DNA of 30,108 nt from positions 1 to 30,108 of IMG/VR virus record IMGVR_UViG_3300010376_000101; one strand, written 5' to 3'. This document shows, one piece after another, positions 1 through 7,194 of the stretch (its first letter is position 1; the number at the start of each line of letters is the position of its first letter). Made by a program: the position numbers and the translations under genes. Origin of the DNA: a virus (lineage: Duplodnaviria > Caudoviricetes). Below the pieces are notes generated by a model, which made no database searches, was not told where the DNA came from, and worked only from the letters and a program-made list of their open reading frames with translations.

Positions 1-9
1 GATCTTCAT
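1..9 (-). CDS. 5' end of a leftward gene (partial, MKI...)
   Basis: Minus strand reads GGAGaatcacATGaagatc (SD plus ATG at 9); the frame runs off the window. Confidence 0.5.
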
Positions 10-51
10 GTGATTCTCCAGTGATTGATGCTGCAACAGACTGACACGCTG

Positions 52-195
52 TCAGTCCGTGGTGCAGCCGGTGGTGACGGCGTAGCCCTGCATGATGATG
101 CGGGCCACCGCCGCGTCGCGGGCATCCTCGCTGACAAACAGGATGACGGTGTTGCGGTACAGCCTGAAGCATTTGAGCCAGTAGCGTTTGCGCAT
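52..195 (-). CDS. Small hypothetical protein, 47 aa (MRKRYWLKCFRLYRNTVILFVSEDARDAAVARIIMQGYAVTTGCTTD)
   Basis: Hand-translated and not in the ORF track. AGGAG SD 7 nt upstream of the ATG, GC3-rich codons, directly downstream of the strong promoter at 289-317. Confidence 0.65.
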   Translation of the reverse strand: MRKRYWLKCFRLYRNTVILFVSEDARDAAVARIIMQGYAVTTGCTTD

Positions 196-288
196 GTTCA
201 TTCTCCTGTGATTGGCTGGCGCACATTCTGACAGGCTGTCATTCAGTGCGCCATGTTTATTGCACTGTCAACCGGATACTGCACTAAC

Positions 289-317
289 ATCATAACATAG
301 TACAACGTATTCGTCAA
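289..317 (-). promoter_or_regulatory. Strong sigma70-type leftward promoter
   Basis: Minus strand TTGACG-17 nt-TATGAT with an extended -10 TGn. Confidence 0.75.
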
Positions 318-335
318 GGGGCAAATCGCGGCGGA

Positions 336-1139
336 TCATGCTGACGGCAGCGGATAATCCGGCAGACGATCCGGCACACCATGCGCGTGCGCGAGCGCGG
401 CACTGCGCTCCTGCGTCTGCGCGTTCAAGGCATCGCCCCACAGGTCGAACGCATGCGCCGGGGCGGCTGCCTGCGGCACAACCGCCGCCAGCGCGTCGTA
501 ACGGGTGCGGAAGGCGTCGGCATGCCCGCGCACATGATCGACCATGAAGGCCGACCAGACCTCGGGCGTGCGGCGCAGCACGGCACCGGCGAGCCTTGCC
601 GAGACGTGACGCGCGTAGGTCGCCACGACAACCGCCGGTGCGGCATGGGTAACCTTGCCAGAAAGCGCTGCAGCGGCTGCGGCACAGGCGGCAAAGGCAT
701 CCCCCTCACCCATGCCCGCGAACGGGTCAGGCATGGCGGCAAGCAGTTCTGCACGGGTGCGGGCGATCAGCGTGACGAGCGCCATGCGAATCTGGCGCTG
801 CGCTTTCGCGGACAGGTTGTCCGTGTGCGCCGCCTCGTCGCGGTTGCTCACGCCAAGCTGGATACGATGCTGCAGCATGCTGGCCGCACGCCACGATTCG
901 CCGGTTACCGGCACCGCGTCGCGCAGCATGGATCTGAGGCCCGGCCACTGCACACCCAGCGCACGCAGCGCGGATTCGAATTCTGCGAGCCGCAGGCCGG
1001 TGCCCGACTGCGCGGCACCACGCAGCACGCGGCCTGCACGATCCACACTGCAGCCCCACAGGTCGGCAAAATCCGCCGTGGTGAGATGCGGCCAGCGCTG
1101 GCGCAGCAAGTTAATCAACTCGGTTTGTAAATTGTCCAT
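336..1139 (-). CDS. Hypothetical protein with possible N-terminal helix-turn-helix (267 aa)
   Basis: Start moved to ATG 1139 (AGGAG SD 9 nt upstream). N-terminal TTADFADLWGCSVDRAGRVLRG resembles an XRE/Cro-type HTH; the remainder is Ala-rich and helical. Confidence 0.65.
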   Translation of the reverse strand: MDNLQTELINLLRQRWPHLTTADFADLWGCSVDRAGRVLRGAAQSGTGLRLAEFESALRALGVQWPGLRSMLRDAVPVTGESWRAASMLQHRIQLGVSNRDEAAHTDNLSAKAQRQIRMALVTLIARTRAELLAAMPDPFAGMGEGDAFAACAAAAAALSGKVTHAAPAVVVATYARHVSARLAGAVLRRTPEVWSAFMVDHVRGHADAFRTRYDALAAVVPQAAAPAHAFDLWGDALNAQTQERSAALAHAHGVPDRLPDYPLPSA

Positions 1140-1587
1140 GACTATTGACTCCTGAAAGCGATTGAAAATCTCTGTCCCATGACAATGATACAGTGGCAAG
1201 CATAACCCGCGCGGGTTTGCGCTGTCTATATCCCACTGCCCCATGTCCCATGGAAAATATCCCTTAGCGCCGCACAGAAAAAATTCGTGGGACAAAATTG
1301 TTTTGCGCGCAAAACACGTTTTGAATTTTTCGTGTCCACACGCGCGCGTACGACAGCATGGGACATGGGCAAATACATTGTTAATAATATATAAAAGTAT
1401 TGATTATTATAGATGTAAATAGAATTAATGCCGTCCCTCTGCAGTATTTTTGCGTATGCCGTAGCAGGTTTTTTTAACGCTACACTGTGTCTGCTGTCCC
1501 AAAACAGACGTGTTTTGCCCCAAAAATTTGCCGTGATTCCAAATTTTGTAACTGGTATCAACGCGCCAAACGGCGTTTTTTGCTCTC

Positions 1588-1620
1588 GTGCAGTGTGCAG
1601 TGTGCAGTGTGCAGTGTGCA
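1588..1620 (+). repeat. Tandem heptamer repeat (GTGCAGT) x4.7
   Basis: Read directly: gtgcagt gtgcagt gtgcagt gtgcagt gtgca. Confidence 0.95.
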
Positions 1621-1681
1621 TCGATCAACGTAATGACAGTGCGTCATTCTGTTTACACCCAAATCTAAACCGTCCAAATGC

Positions 1682-1704
1682 AAAAAGCCGCTCCGAAGAG
1701 CGGC
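1682..1704 (-). terminator. Rho-independent terminator
   Basis: Minus strand GCCGCTC-TTCG-GAGCGGC-TTTTT (7-bp stem, cUUCGg loop, U tract), about 20 nt after the stop of 1726..2520. Confidence 0.85.
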
Positions 1705-1725
1705 AAAGTTTGTCCCATGTTTTGC

Positions 1726-2520
1726 TTATGCGACACGCGAAAGTTGGCCTTTGCGCGTACTTTGGAACCATTCGACAAGCGCCGCGCGATTGCGCGTATC
1801 GTTGTTTGCCCACGCGAAAATCGCTGCGATGTCTGCATCGTACTTGCACAATGCCGCGTGAATGTCACCCGCGCGCGGCTTGTCCGCCAACAAAGGCGAC
1901 TTGTCGCCGACAATCGCAGACGGGTTAACACTTGACGCGTTAGCAGTATCCTTCGCGATGGTTTCGTTCGTTGCAGGCGTGGTTGTGACAGTCGCGCCAG
2001 TCTTTTCCTGCTTTGCTGCAGTCGTGCGACCATCGACCGGGGCCGTGCCGTTTGCGACCTGTGCGGCTTTTTCATCGGCGCGTTTTTCCGCAATCGCCTT
2101 TGCCGCCTTGCTTTCCGAAACCGGCACGACATAACCGCCCGCGACGGCGCGACCGCGCACGGACCGTGACCAGTAAGTGTTGAACGCGTCAGACTGGCGC
2201 TTTGCCCATGCTTTGCCTTCATCCGAATCCGGCAATGCCTTGCTCGGGAAACGCAGCGCATAGTCCGCCATGTAAAGCGCCTTGTGTGCGTCGCGCATCT
2301 TGTTGTACGCGTCAACCGTTTTGCACGGTTTGAGCATGACAAGCGCACGCTTGTCCAGATCGGCGGCGATGGTTTCGCCCGCATAGGTCAGGCCGATGAA
2401 TTCGCGGATTGCGTTGTACGCGTTATGCGCGTTTTTCGCCTTGCTCGTGACCGCGACATCGGACGTGGGCAACGTTGATTCAACCTTGATGCCAAGCGCC
2501 TTGAAATTCAGTTCAAACAT
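1726..2520 (-). CDS. Hypothetical Ala/Lys-rich protein, probably an early gene (264 aa)
   Basis: Start moved to ATG 2520 (GGAG SD). Has its own promoter upstream and terminator downstream. No recognised domain. Confidence 0.8.
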   Translation of the reverse strand: MFELNFKALGIKVESTLPTSDVAVTSKAKNAHNAYNAIREFIGLTYAGETIAADLDKRALVMLKPCKTVDAYNKMRDAHKALYMADYALRFPSKALPDSDEGKAWAKRQSDAFNTYWSRSVRGRAVAGGYVVPVSESKAAKAIAEKRADEKAAQVANGTAPVDGRTTAAKQEKTGATVTTTPATNETIAKDTANASSVNPSAIVGDKSPLLADKPRAGDIHAALCKYDADIAAIFAWANNDTRNRAALVEWFQSTRKGQLSRVA

Positions 2521-2601
2521 TTTGATTCTCCAATCATTAGGGGGACGGCGCACGGCACCATGCCGCGCTACCGCTACAACCAACTACATACAACAGGCTC
2601 C

Positions 2602-2630
2602 ATTGTGAACCTGCTAACGGCTAGATGCAA
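2602..2630 (-). promoter_or_regulatory. Sigma70-like leftward promoter
   Basis: Minus strand TTGCAT-17 nt-CACAAT upstream of the 1726..2520 gene. Confidence 0.55.
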
Positions 2631-2684
2631 AACGACTTTCTACAACTCCCTACGGAATGACGCGCCGTCATTTTGTGCGGCGAC

Positions 2685-2783
2685 CACCCCGGCCCCCACC
2701 CCGCCGGATGGTACCATCGAAGCACCCCGGGGTACCCCGCGCTCACCGCACAGTCTTGGGCCAACTACCCCTAAACGCGTTTA
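2685..2783. other. C-run and palindrome cluster, candidate packaging-initiation or genome-terminus region
   Basis: C tracts at 2685-2705; palindromes GATGGTACCATC (2707-2718), CGGGGTACCCCG (2728-2739) and TAAACGCGTTTA (2772-2783). Non-coding and at a compositional boundary. The function is inferred. Confidence 0.35.
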
Positions 2784-2812
2784 ACATCCAGGCGTTAGCT
2801 GGCCCCGGTTTT

Positions 2813-3001
2813 TCATGCTTTACACTTAGCTGTTAACGACACGAACACGTGTGCCACCCGGACCACTTCGACCTGAACCCTGAGCATGTCGCGACCGCCG
2901 TTCGAGACGGTGAAGCGCACCGCATCCTCGGTGCACACGAACTGCTGTCCCGGCGGCACACCGAACGAGTACCCGGCCCATGAGTCAGTCTGGCATGACA
3001 T
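2813..3001 (-). CDS. Small hypothetical protein
   Basis: ORF in series with the two upstream minus-strand genes; weak SD, start uncertain. Confidence 0.35.
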   Translation of the reverse strand: MSCQTDSWAGYSFGVPPGQQFVCTEDAVRFTVSNGGRDMLRVQVEVVRVAHVFVSLTAKCKA

Positions 3002-3017
3002 GCTGTTGCCGTTCGTC

Positions 3018-3236
3018 TCAGGGCACATCGGCCACCTCCAGCCAGACGCGCTGGCACACACGGGGCAGGCTGCCGTCCGCGATCACCTCGAACTCCATGC
3101 TGGCCACCTTGTAGCGGGCCTGCCGCACGAACACCGCCGCCCCCACGTGCAGGGTGTGGCAACTGTGCACCGTCAGCAGCAGCGTGTCGCCCGACACGAG
3201 CCGGAACTCCACCAGATCGTCCATGCCGTAGCTCAT
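3018..3236 (-). CDS. Small hypothetical protein (72 aa)
   Basis: ATGA overlap with the stop of 3233..3886, AGGAG SD, GC3-rich codons. Confidence 0.7.
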   Translation of the reverse strand: MSYGMDDLVEFRLVSGDTLLLTVHSCHTLHVGAAVFVRQARYKVASMEFEVIADGSLPRVCQRVWLEVADVP

Positions 3237-3886
3237 GATTGCTCCTGACCACCGTGGTCGAGCGGCGTGGTCATGTCCACTCCCCGGTGCATCACCGGAA
3301 CATCACTCTTGCGGCTCTCGTCAATCACCCGGTTCGCGAGGCTGCGCAGCACGTCCTCGCCCTGTGCCGCCACCGTGTAGCGCGCGCGGAACTCGGCCAC
3401 TTCCGCAGGGGTCGGTGCCGGGGCCACCGTGTCCTGCCAGTGCGGCATGTCGCGTTCCACCTCGCCGCGCAGGTCCAGTGTCAGCACGGGACGGCCCACC
3501 AGCACGTTTTCCAGTGTGGTGATGAGGTGGTGTTCCATGCGGTCGGCAAGGCCCCGCATGGCGGGCGGGCACCAGTCCACCGCCACTTCCCACAACTCAT
3601 ACGTCGCGAGGTGCAGGGCCTCGTGGCAGGCGATGCGGTTCAGATGCTCGTCAGTGACCGACACGTTCCAGCTATCACTGATATCGAGCGTGAAGCGCTG
3701 CTCGTTCATCTTCACGTTCACGCAGGCGTTGTACGTCTCGACGTGGATGAAGCGGGTGGACTCCCAGTGCCACTGCGTAAGCTGCAGGGTGGTGAGCCAC
3801 GAGGTGAAGTATTTGACGAACTGGTGGAACCCGGCGTCGGTCAGGGTGTAACGCGCCTTCAGGTGCTTGTCTTCATCGACTGGCAT
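3233..3886 (-). CDS. Putative zincin-like metallopeptidase-domain protein (HEXXH)
   Basis: AAGGAG SD; motif IACHEALHL with a downstream Glu (RMEHH) as possible third ligand. Confidence 0.7.
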   Translation of the reverse strand: MPVDEDKHLKARYTLTDAGFHQFVKYFTSWLTTLQLTQWHWESTRFIHVETYNACVNVKMNEQRFTLDISDSWNVSVTDEHLNRIACHEALHLATYELWEVAVDWCPPAMRGLADRMEHHLITTLENVLVGRPVLTLDLRGEVERDMPHWQDTVAPAPTPAEVAEFRARYTVAAQGEDVLRSLANRVIDESRKSDVPVMHRGVDMTTPLDHGGQEQS

Positions 3887-3915
3887 GGTTATGCTCCTTG
3901 GAGTTGCTGCTGTTA

Positions 3916-3939
3916 ACGTAATGCAATATTGCAGTACGT
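3916..3939. promoter_or_regulatory. Operator-like palindrome in the divergent intergenic region
   Basis: ACGTA-A-TGCAATATTGCA-G-TACGT: 24 bp with one mismatched pair, between divergent genes starting at 3886(-) and 3961(+). Confidence 0.5.
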
Positions 3940-3960
3940 CGCCTGCTCAGGGGAGGTTAC

Positions 3961-4716
3961 ATGGCGCGTGCACCGAAACCAATGGATTTTTCCAAGGCGC
4001 TTGCGCTGCTGAAGGTCGGCGCGACGGTAGCCCGTGAGGGCTGGAACGGGCGGGGCATGTTCCTGTACCTCGTTCCCGGCTCAACCTTCAGGGTTGAAAA
4101 GGGGCGGCCCATGGCGGCGCACTGGCCAGTCGGGCGCGCCGTCGCCTACCATGCCCACATCGACCTGTTCACCCCGACCGGCATGCCGGGGGGTTACAGC
4201 GTGCCGTGGCTCGCCAGTCAAACCGACCTGCTGGCGACTGACTGGATCAAGGTCGATGCCGCTGCGCTGATCCCGCCGCCCGAAAAGGTCAGGGTGCTGC
4301 GCGTCAAACCCGAGACAAGGAGCGCTACCGTGAAAGTCCCGAAGTCGAACACCCGTGCCACCCCGGCCAAACCCCCTGCGCCGAAAAGAAGCGCCGGTCA
4401 GACCCCGGCCCCCCGCTCGCGCGGATCGAGTCCCAGCGCCAGCGGCGCGGCGGCGAAGAAGGCCGCGCCGCGCACCAGCAAGGCGGCCACCCCCACCACC
4501 GTCACGCGCCGTGCGGCGCGCCCCGGCTCGCCGTCCGCACAGGCCACGCCCCCCGGTCTGCCCGGTGGCATCGGCGATCAGGGGCCTGCGGGTCCGGTGC
4601 CCCCGCCCGGCAAGCGCATCCCGCCGGGCGCTGCGGTGCCCCCGTCGCCCATTCCGCCTGCCGTTCCCCCTGCCGACATGGCCGGGCCGAACAGCGGCAT
4701 GCCGCCGGGAGACTGA
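3961..4716 (+). CDS. tad2: DUF2829 / Thoeris anti-defence Tad2-like domain with a long basic Pro-rich C-terminal extension
   Basis: N-terminal signature MDFSKALALLKVGATVAREGWNGRGMFLYLV...PWLASQTDLLATDW matches the DUF2829/Tad2 pattern (F.xAL..LK.G..V.R.GWNG..MF ... W..SQTD.LA.DW); GGGGAGG SD. Confidence 0.85.
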   Translation: MARAPKPMDFSKALALLKVGATVAREGWNGRGMFLYLVPGSTFRVEKGRPMAAHWPVGRAVAYHAHIDLFTPTGMPGGYSVPWLASQTDLLATDWIKVDAAALIPPPEKVRVLRVKPETRSATVKVPKSNTRATPAKPPAPKRSAGQTPAPRSRGSSPSASGAAAKKAAPRTSKAATPTTVTRRAARPGSPSAQATPPGLPGGIGDQGPAGPVPPPGKRIPPGAAVPPSPIPPAVPPADMAGPNSGMPPGD

Positions 4717-4718
4717 CC

Positions 4719-4937
4719 ATGCGCATCCGCATCGAATGGGAAGACGACCGTCCCGAGCCGTACTGCCTGTCGGTGAAGCACTTCGACCGCAGCGGCAGCG
4801 GCGCGCTGCGCGGCCAGCCCACCATCGTTGAACTGCGTCCCGGTGTGACGCACATCGCCGAAATCGGCGCGCACGACGACCTCGTGCTGGAGCCGCACCT
4901 GCACCCGCTGCCGCTGCAGTATCACGGGCAGGATTAA
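4719..4937 (+). CDS. Hypothetical protein (72 aa)
   Basis: GGGAG SD, starts 2 nt after the previous stop, GC3 bias. Confidence 0.7.
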   Translation: MRIRIEWEDDRPEPYCLSVKHFDRSGSGALRGQPTIVELRPGVTHIAEIGAHDDLVLEPHLHPLPLQYHGQD

Positions 4938-4946
4938 CACCCTGTT

Positions 4947-4976
4947 TTGACATCCCCTTTCGTCCATGTCTACCCT
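4947..4976 (+). promoter_or_regulatory. Sigma70-like promoter upstream of the putative terS
   Basis: TTGACA-18 nt-TACCCT. Confidence 0.5.
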
Positions 4977-4997
4977 CCCCCACAAGGAGGGTCAGAC

Positions 4998-5519
4998 ATG
5001 GACGAATGGCTCAAGCCCAGCGGCATGCCGGTGTTCGACCGGTACGACCCGCGCATGATTCAGGAACTCGTGCTGCTGGACGACGCCGAGGCCGTCACGC
5101 TTGCGCGCTGGGGCCTGCCGCCCGACGAGATGGAGCGCTCGGCGCTCTTGCGCGCGCAGTGCGACGAACTGGCCGGTGAACTCAAGCGCAGCGGGCAGAC
5201 GGCGAAAATCAAGGCGCGTCTGGCCTGCGAGACGCTGATCGGCGAGGCGTTCCGGCGCGCCAAGGCGTCGGTAACACTAGGTGATGTGCTGGACGCGCTG
5301 CGGGTGCTGGGCAAGCTCGGCGATCTGGAGCCGCGCAACGACGCCGCCAAGGTCACCGGCACGATTGTCAGGGTGGACCTGAATTTCGCCGGGCTCGGGT
5401 TCGCTCCGGCGGCGGCTGCCATGCAGATGCGCGCCGCCCACCTGCCCGACGCCGAGGACGTGATCGAGGGGGCCATGCCGGTGGCGCTCGCTGACCTGCC
5501 CGTGGAGCCGCTGGAATGA
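4998..5519 (+). CDS. Probable terminase small subunit
   Basis: Start moved to ATG 4998 (AAGGAGG SD). Helical 173-aa protein with a C-terminal beta-strand-like segment (TIVRVDLNF), two genes upstream of terL. Assignment mainly by position. Confidence 0.55.
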   Translation: MDEWLKPSGMPVFDRYDPRMIQELVLLDDAEAVTLARWGLPPDEMERSALLRAQCDELAGELKRSGQTAKIKARLACETLIGEAFRRAKASVTLGDVLDALRVLGKLGDLEPRNDAAKVTGTIVRVDLNFAGLGFAPAAAAMQMRAAHLPDAEDVIEGAMPVALADLPVEPLE

Positions 5520-5752
5520 ACTGGCGCGTGCTGCTCTCGTGGGTCATCGTGATCGCCGCGTTCGTCTTCGCGGTGATGCTGCTGATGAACCTCGCGGCCT
5601 GCACCTACATCGAAACCTACGGCAACGGCAACACCGTCACCACCACGACCGATACCGGGGTGGTGGTGCCCATCGTGAAAGACCCGGCCCGGCTGCAGAT
5701 CAACCGGCCCGGCGACCAGCACAACTACCACTATTACGGGAAGGACGAATGA
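5516..5752 (+). CDS. Small putative lipoprotein (78 aa)
   Basis: Basic N-terminus, hydrophobic stretch and lipobox LAAC (Cys29); ATGA overlaps with both neighbours. Confidence 0.7.
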   Translation: MNWRVLLSWVIVIAAFVFAVMLLMNLAACTYIETYGNGNTVTTTTDTGVVVPIVKDPARLQINRPGDQHNYHYYGKDE

Positions 5753-7182
5753 GCCTCGCGTTCACCCCGCCGGGGCCGGTGGCCGCGCGCTTCATGGCGT
5801 CGCTCGCGCCGGTCGAGATCATTGCCGGGCCGCTGGGCAGCGGCAAATCCACCACGTGTCTCTTCAAGCTGCTGGCCGTGGCGCTGGCGCAGCCGGTGGT
5901 CAACGGCGTGCGGCGCGCGCGCATGTGCGTATTAAGGAACACGGCGGCGCAACTCAGGGACACCATCAAGCCGGTGATCGACTCGTGGTTCGTGGAAGCG
6001 CCCGAGCAGCCCCTCGGTAGCTGGGCGCTCACCGAGATGAAGTTCCGCCTGAAGATGCAGTTGCCGGACGAGACGATTCTCGACATGGAGTTCTGGTGCA
6101 TGGCGGTGGACGAGCCCAAGGATGTGCGGCGGCTGCTGTCCATCGAGTTCACGGCGGCGTGGGTGGAGGAAGGCCGCGAAATCAACGCTGACGTGTTCGC
6201 GGGCCTGCAGGGGCGCGTGGGCCGCTACCCGGCAGTCGTCAACGGGGGCGTCGCGTTTCCCATCGTGATCGTCTCCACCAACTACCCGAACGTGGGCAGC
6301 TACTGGCACGGCGTGATGCTCGCGCCGCCTGCCGGGTGGGAGGTGTTCGAGCAACCGGCGGCCATCCTGGACGACCTGTCACTGAACCCGCTGCGGGAAA
6401 ATCCGAACCTTCCCGACGATTACTATGACCGGCTGATATCCGGCAAGACCGAGGAATGGCTCAACGTCTTCCTCAAGTGCAAGTTCGGCACTGATATGGC
6501 AGGGCTGCCAGTCTACCGTTCCTCCTTCAACCGCCAGATGCACGTCGCCGCCGACAAATTCGAGCCGCTGCGCCACCAGTCGTACCCGCTGGTGGTGGGC
6601 ATGGACAACGGTCTGACGGCGGCGGCGGCAATCCTTCAGCAGGATGTGCGCGGTCGTCTCCGGGTGCTGGGCGAAGCGTTCGTCCCCGAGGGCACCACGA
6701 TGGGGGTCGAACGCTTCCTCGACACACTGCTGATACCGAAGCTGCGAAACGAGTATTACGGGTGTCGCATCATCTTCAGCCTCGACCCCGCCTGCTTCCA
6801 GCGTCAGCAGCGGGACGAAACCACCATCGCCGATGCGGTCAAGGCTCGCACCTATACGGTTGAGCGTGCCGTCACCAACTATACGGAGCAGCGCATCGGT
6901 GCAGTAGAGCAGGCGCTGGTCCGGCAGATCGACGGTAAGGGGTATTTCCAGATCAACCCGGACTGTACGCATCTCATCAACGCCTTCGAGTGGGGGTATC
7001 GCTATGCCCAGCACCGCGACGGCACACCGAACTCAGAAACCGACCCGGTGAAGAACATCTTCAGCCACATTTCCGATGGCTGCCAGTACGGTGTGCTGCA
7101 CTGGCACGCGCCGATGCGCGAACTGCGTACCCAGCAGCGCAAGGTCAAGGCGTCGCCGTACCACTGGGGCAACCTTCAATAA
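5749..7182 (+). CDS. terL: Terminase large subunit
   Basis: Start moved to ATG 5749. Walker A GPLGSGKST, Walker B AAWVEE, nuclease acidic motifs VGMD, SLDPA and SHISDGCQY; directly upstream of the portal. Confidence 0.93.
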   Translation: MSLAFTPPGPVAARFMASLAPVEIIAGPLGSGKSTTCLFKLLAVALAQPVVNGVRRARMCVLRNTAAQLRDTIKPVIDSWFVEAPEQPLGSWALTEMKFRLKMQLPDETILDMEFWCMAVDEPKDVRRLLSIEFTAAWVEEGREINADVFAGLQGRVGRYPAVVNGGVAFPIVIVSTNYPNVGSYWHGVMLAPPAGWEVFEQPAAILDDLSLNPLRENPNLPDDYYDRLISGKTEEWLNVFLKCKFGTDMAGLPVYRSSFNRQMHVAADKFEPLRHQSYPLVVGMDNGLTAAAAILQQDVRGRLRVLGEAFVPEGTTMGVERFLDTLLIPKLRNEYYGCRIIFSLDPACFQRQQRDETTIADAVKARTYTVERAVTNYTEQRIGAVEQALVRQIDGKGYFQINPDCTHLINAFEWGYRYAQHRDGTPNSETDPVKNIFSHISDGCQYGVLHWHAPMRELRTQQRKVKASPYHWGNLQ

Positions 7183-7194
7183 GGAGTTAACACA

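Larger units (their letters stand above)
1173..1719. repeat. Dispersed TGTCCCA(T/C)G repeats in both orientations around an AT-rich core (candidate origin iterons)
   Basis: TGTCCCATG at 1173, 1244 and 1711; TGTCCCA at 1495; reverse copies at 1286-1294 and 1357-1365; AT-rich stretch at about 1371-1430. Confidence 0.65.

Noticed and set aside
25-231. Plus-strand 68-aa ORF
   Set aside because: Antisense to the SD-supported minus-strand ORF 52..195 that lies downstream of a strong leftward promoter.
1563-1581. Plus-strand terminator-like hairpin CGCC-AAAC-GGCG-TTTTTT
   Set aside because: Stem of only 4-5 bp and no credible plus-strand gene upstream.
1588-1620. CRISPR-like array
   Set aside because: Contiguous 7-bp units with no spacers and no cas genes.
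1226-1928. ORFs crossing the AT-rich repeat region (1226..1621, 1425..1628, 1428..1928) and the 1140-1295 extension of the HTH-like gene
   Set aside because: Atypical codon use, translation of the tandem repeats, no SD; better explained as non-coding.
4355-4831. Arg/Pro-rich alternative-frame ORF overlapping the tad2-like tail
   Set aside because: No SD, and its composition is what a frame-shifted reading of GC-rich low-complexity DNA gives.
5539-5748. N-terminal extension of TerL given in the ORF track
   Set aside because: It is a shadow of the lipoprotein gene; ATG 5749 has an SD, an ATGA overlap and normal distance to Walker A.
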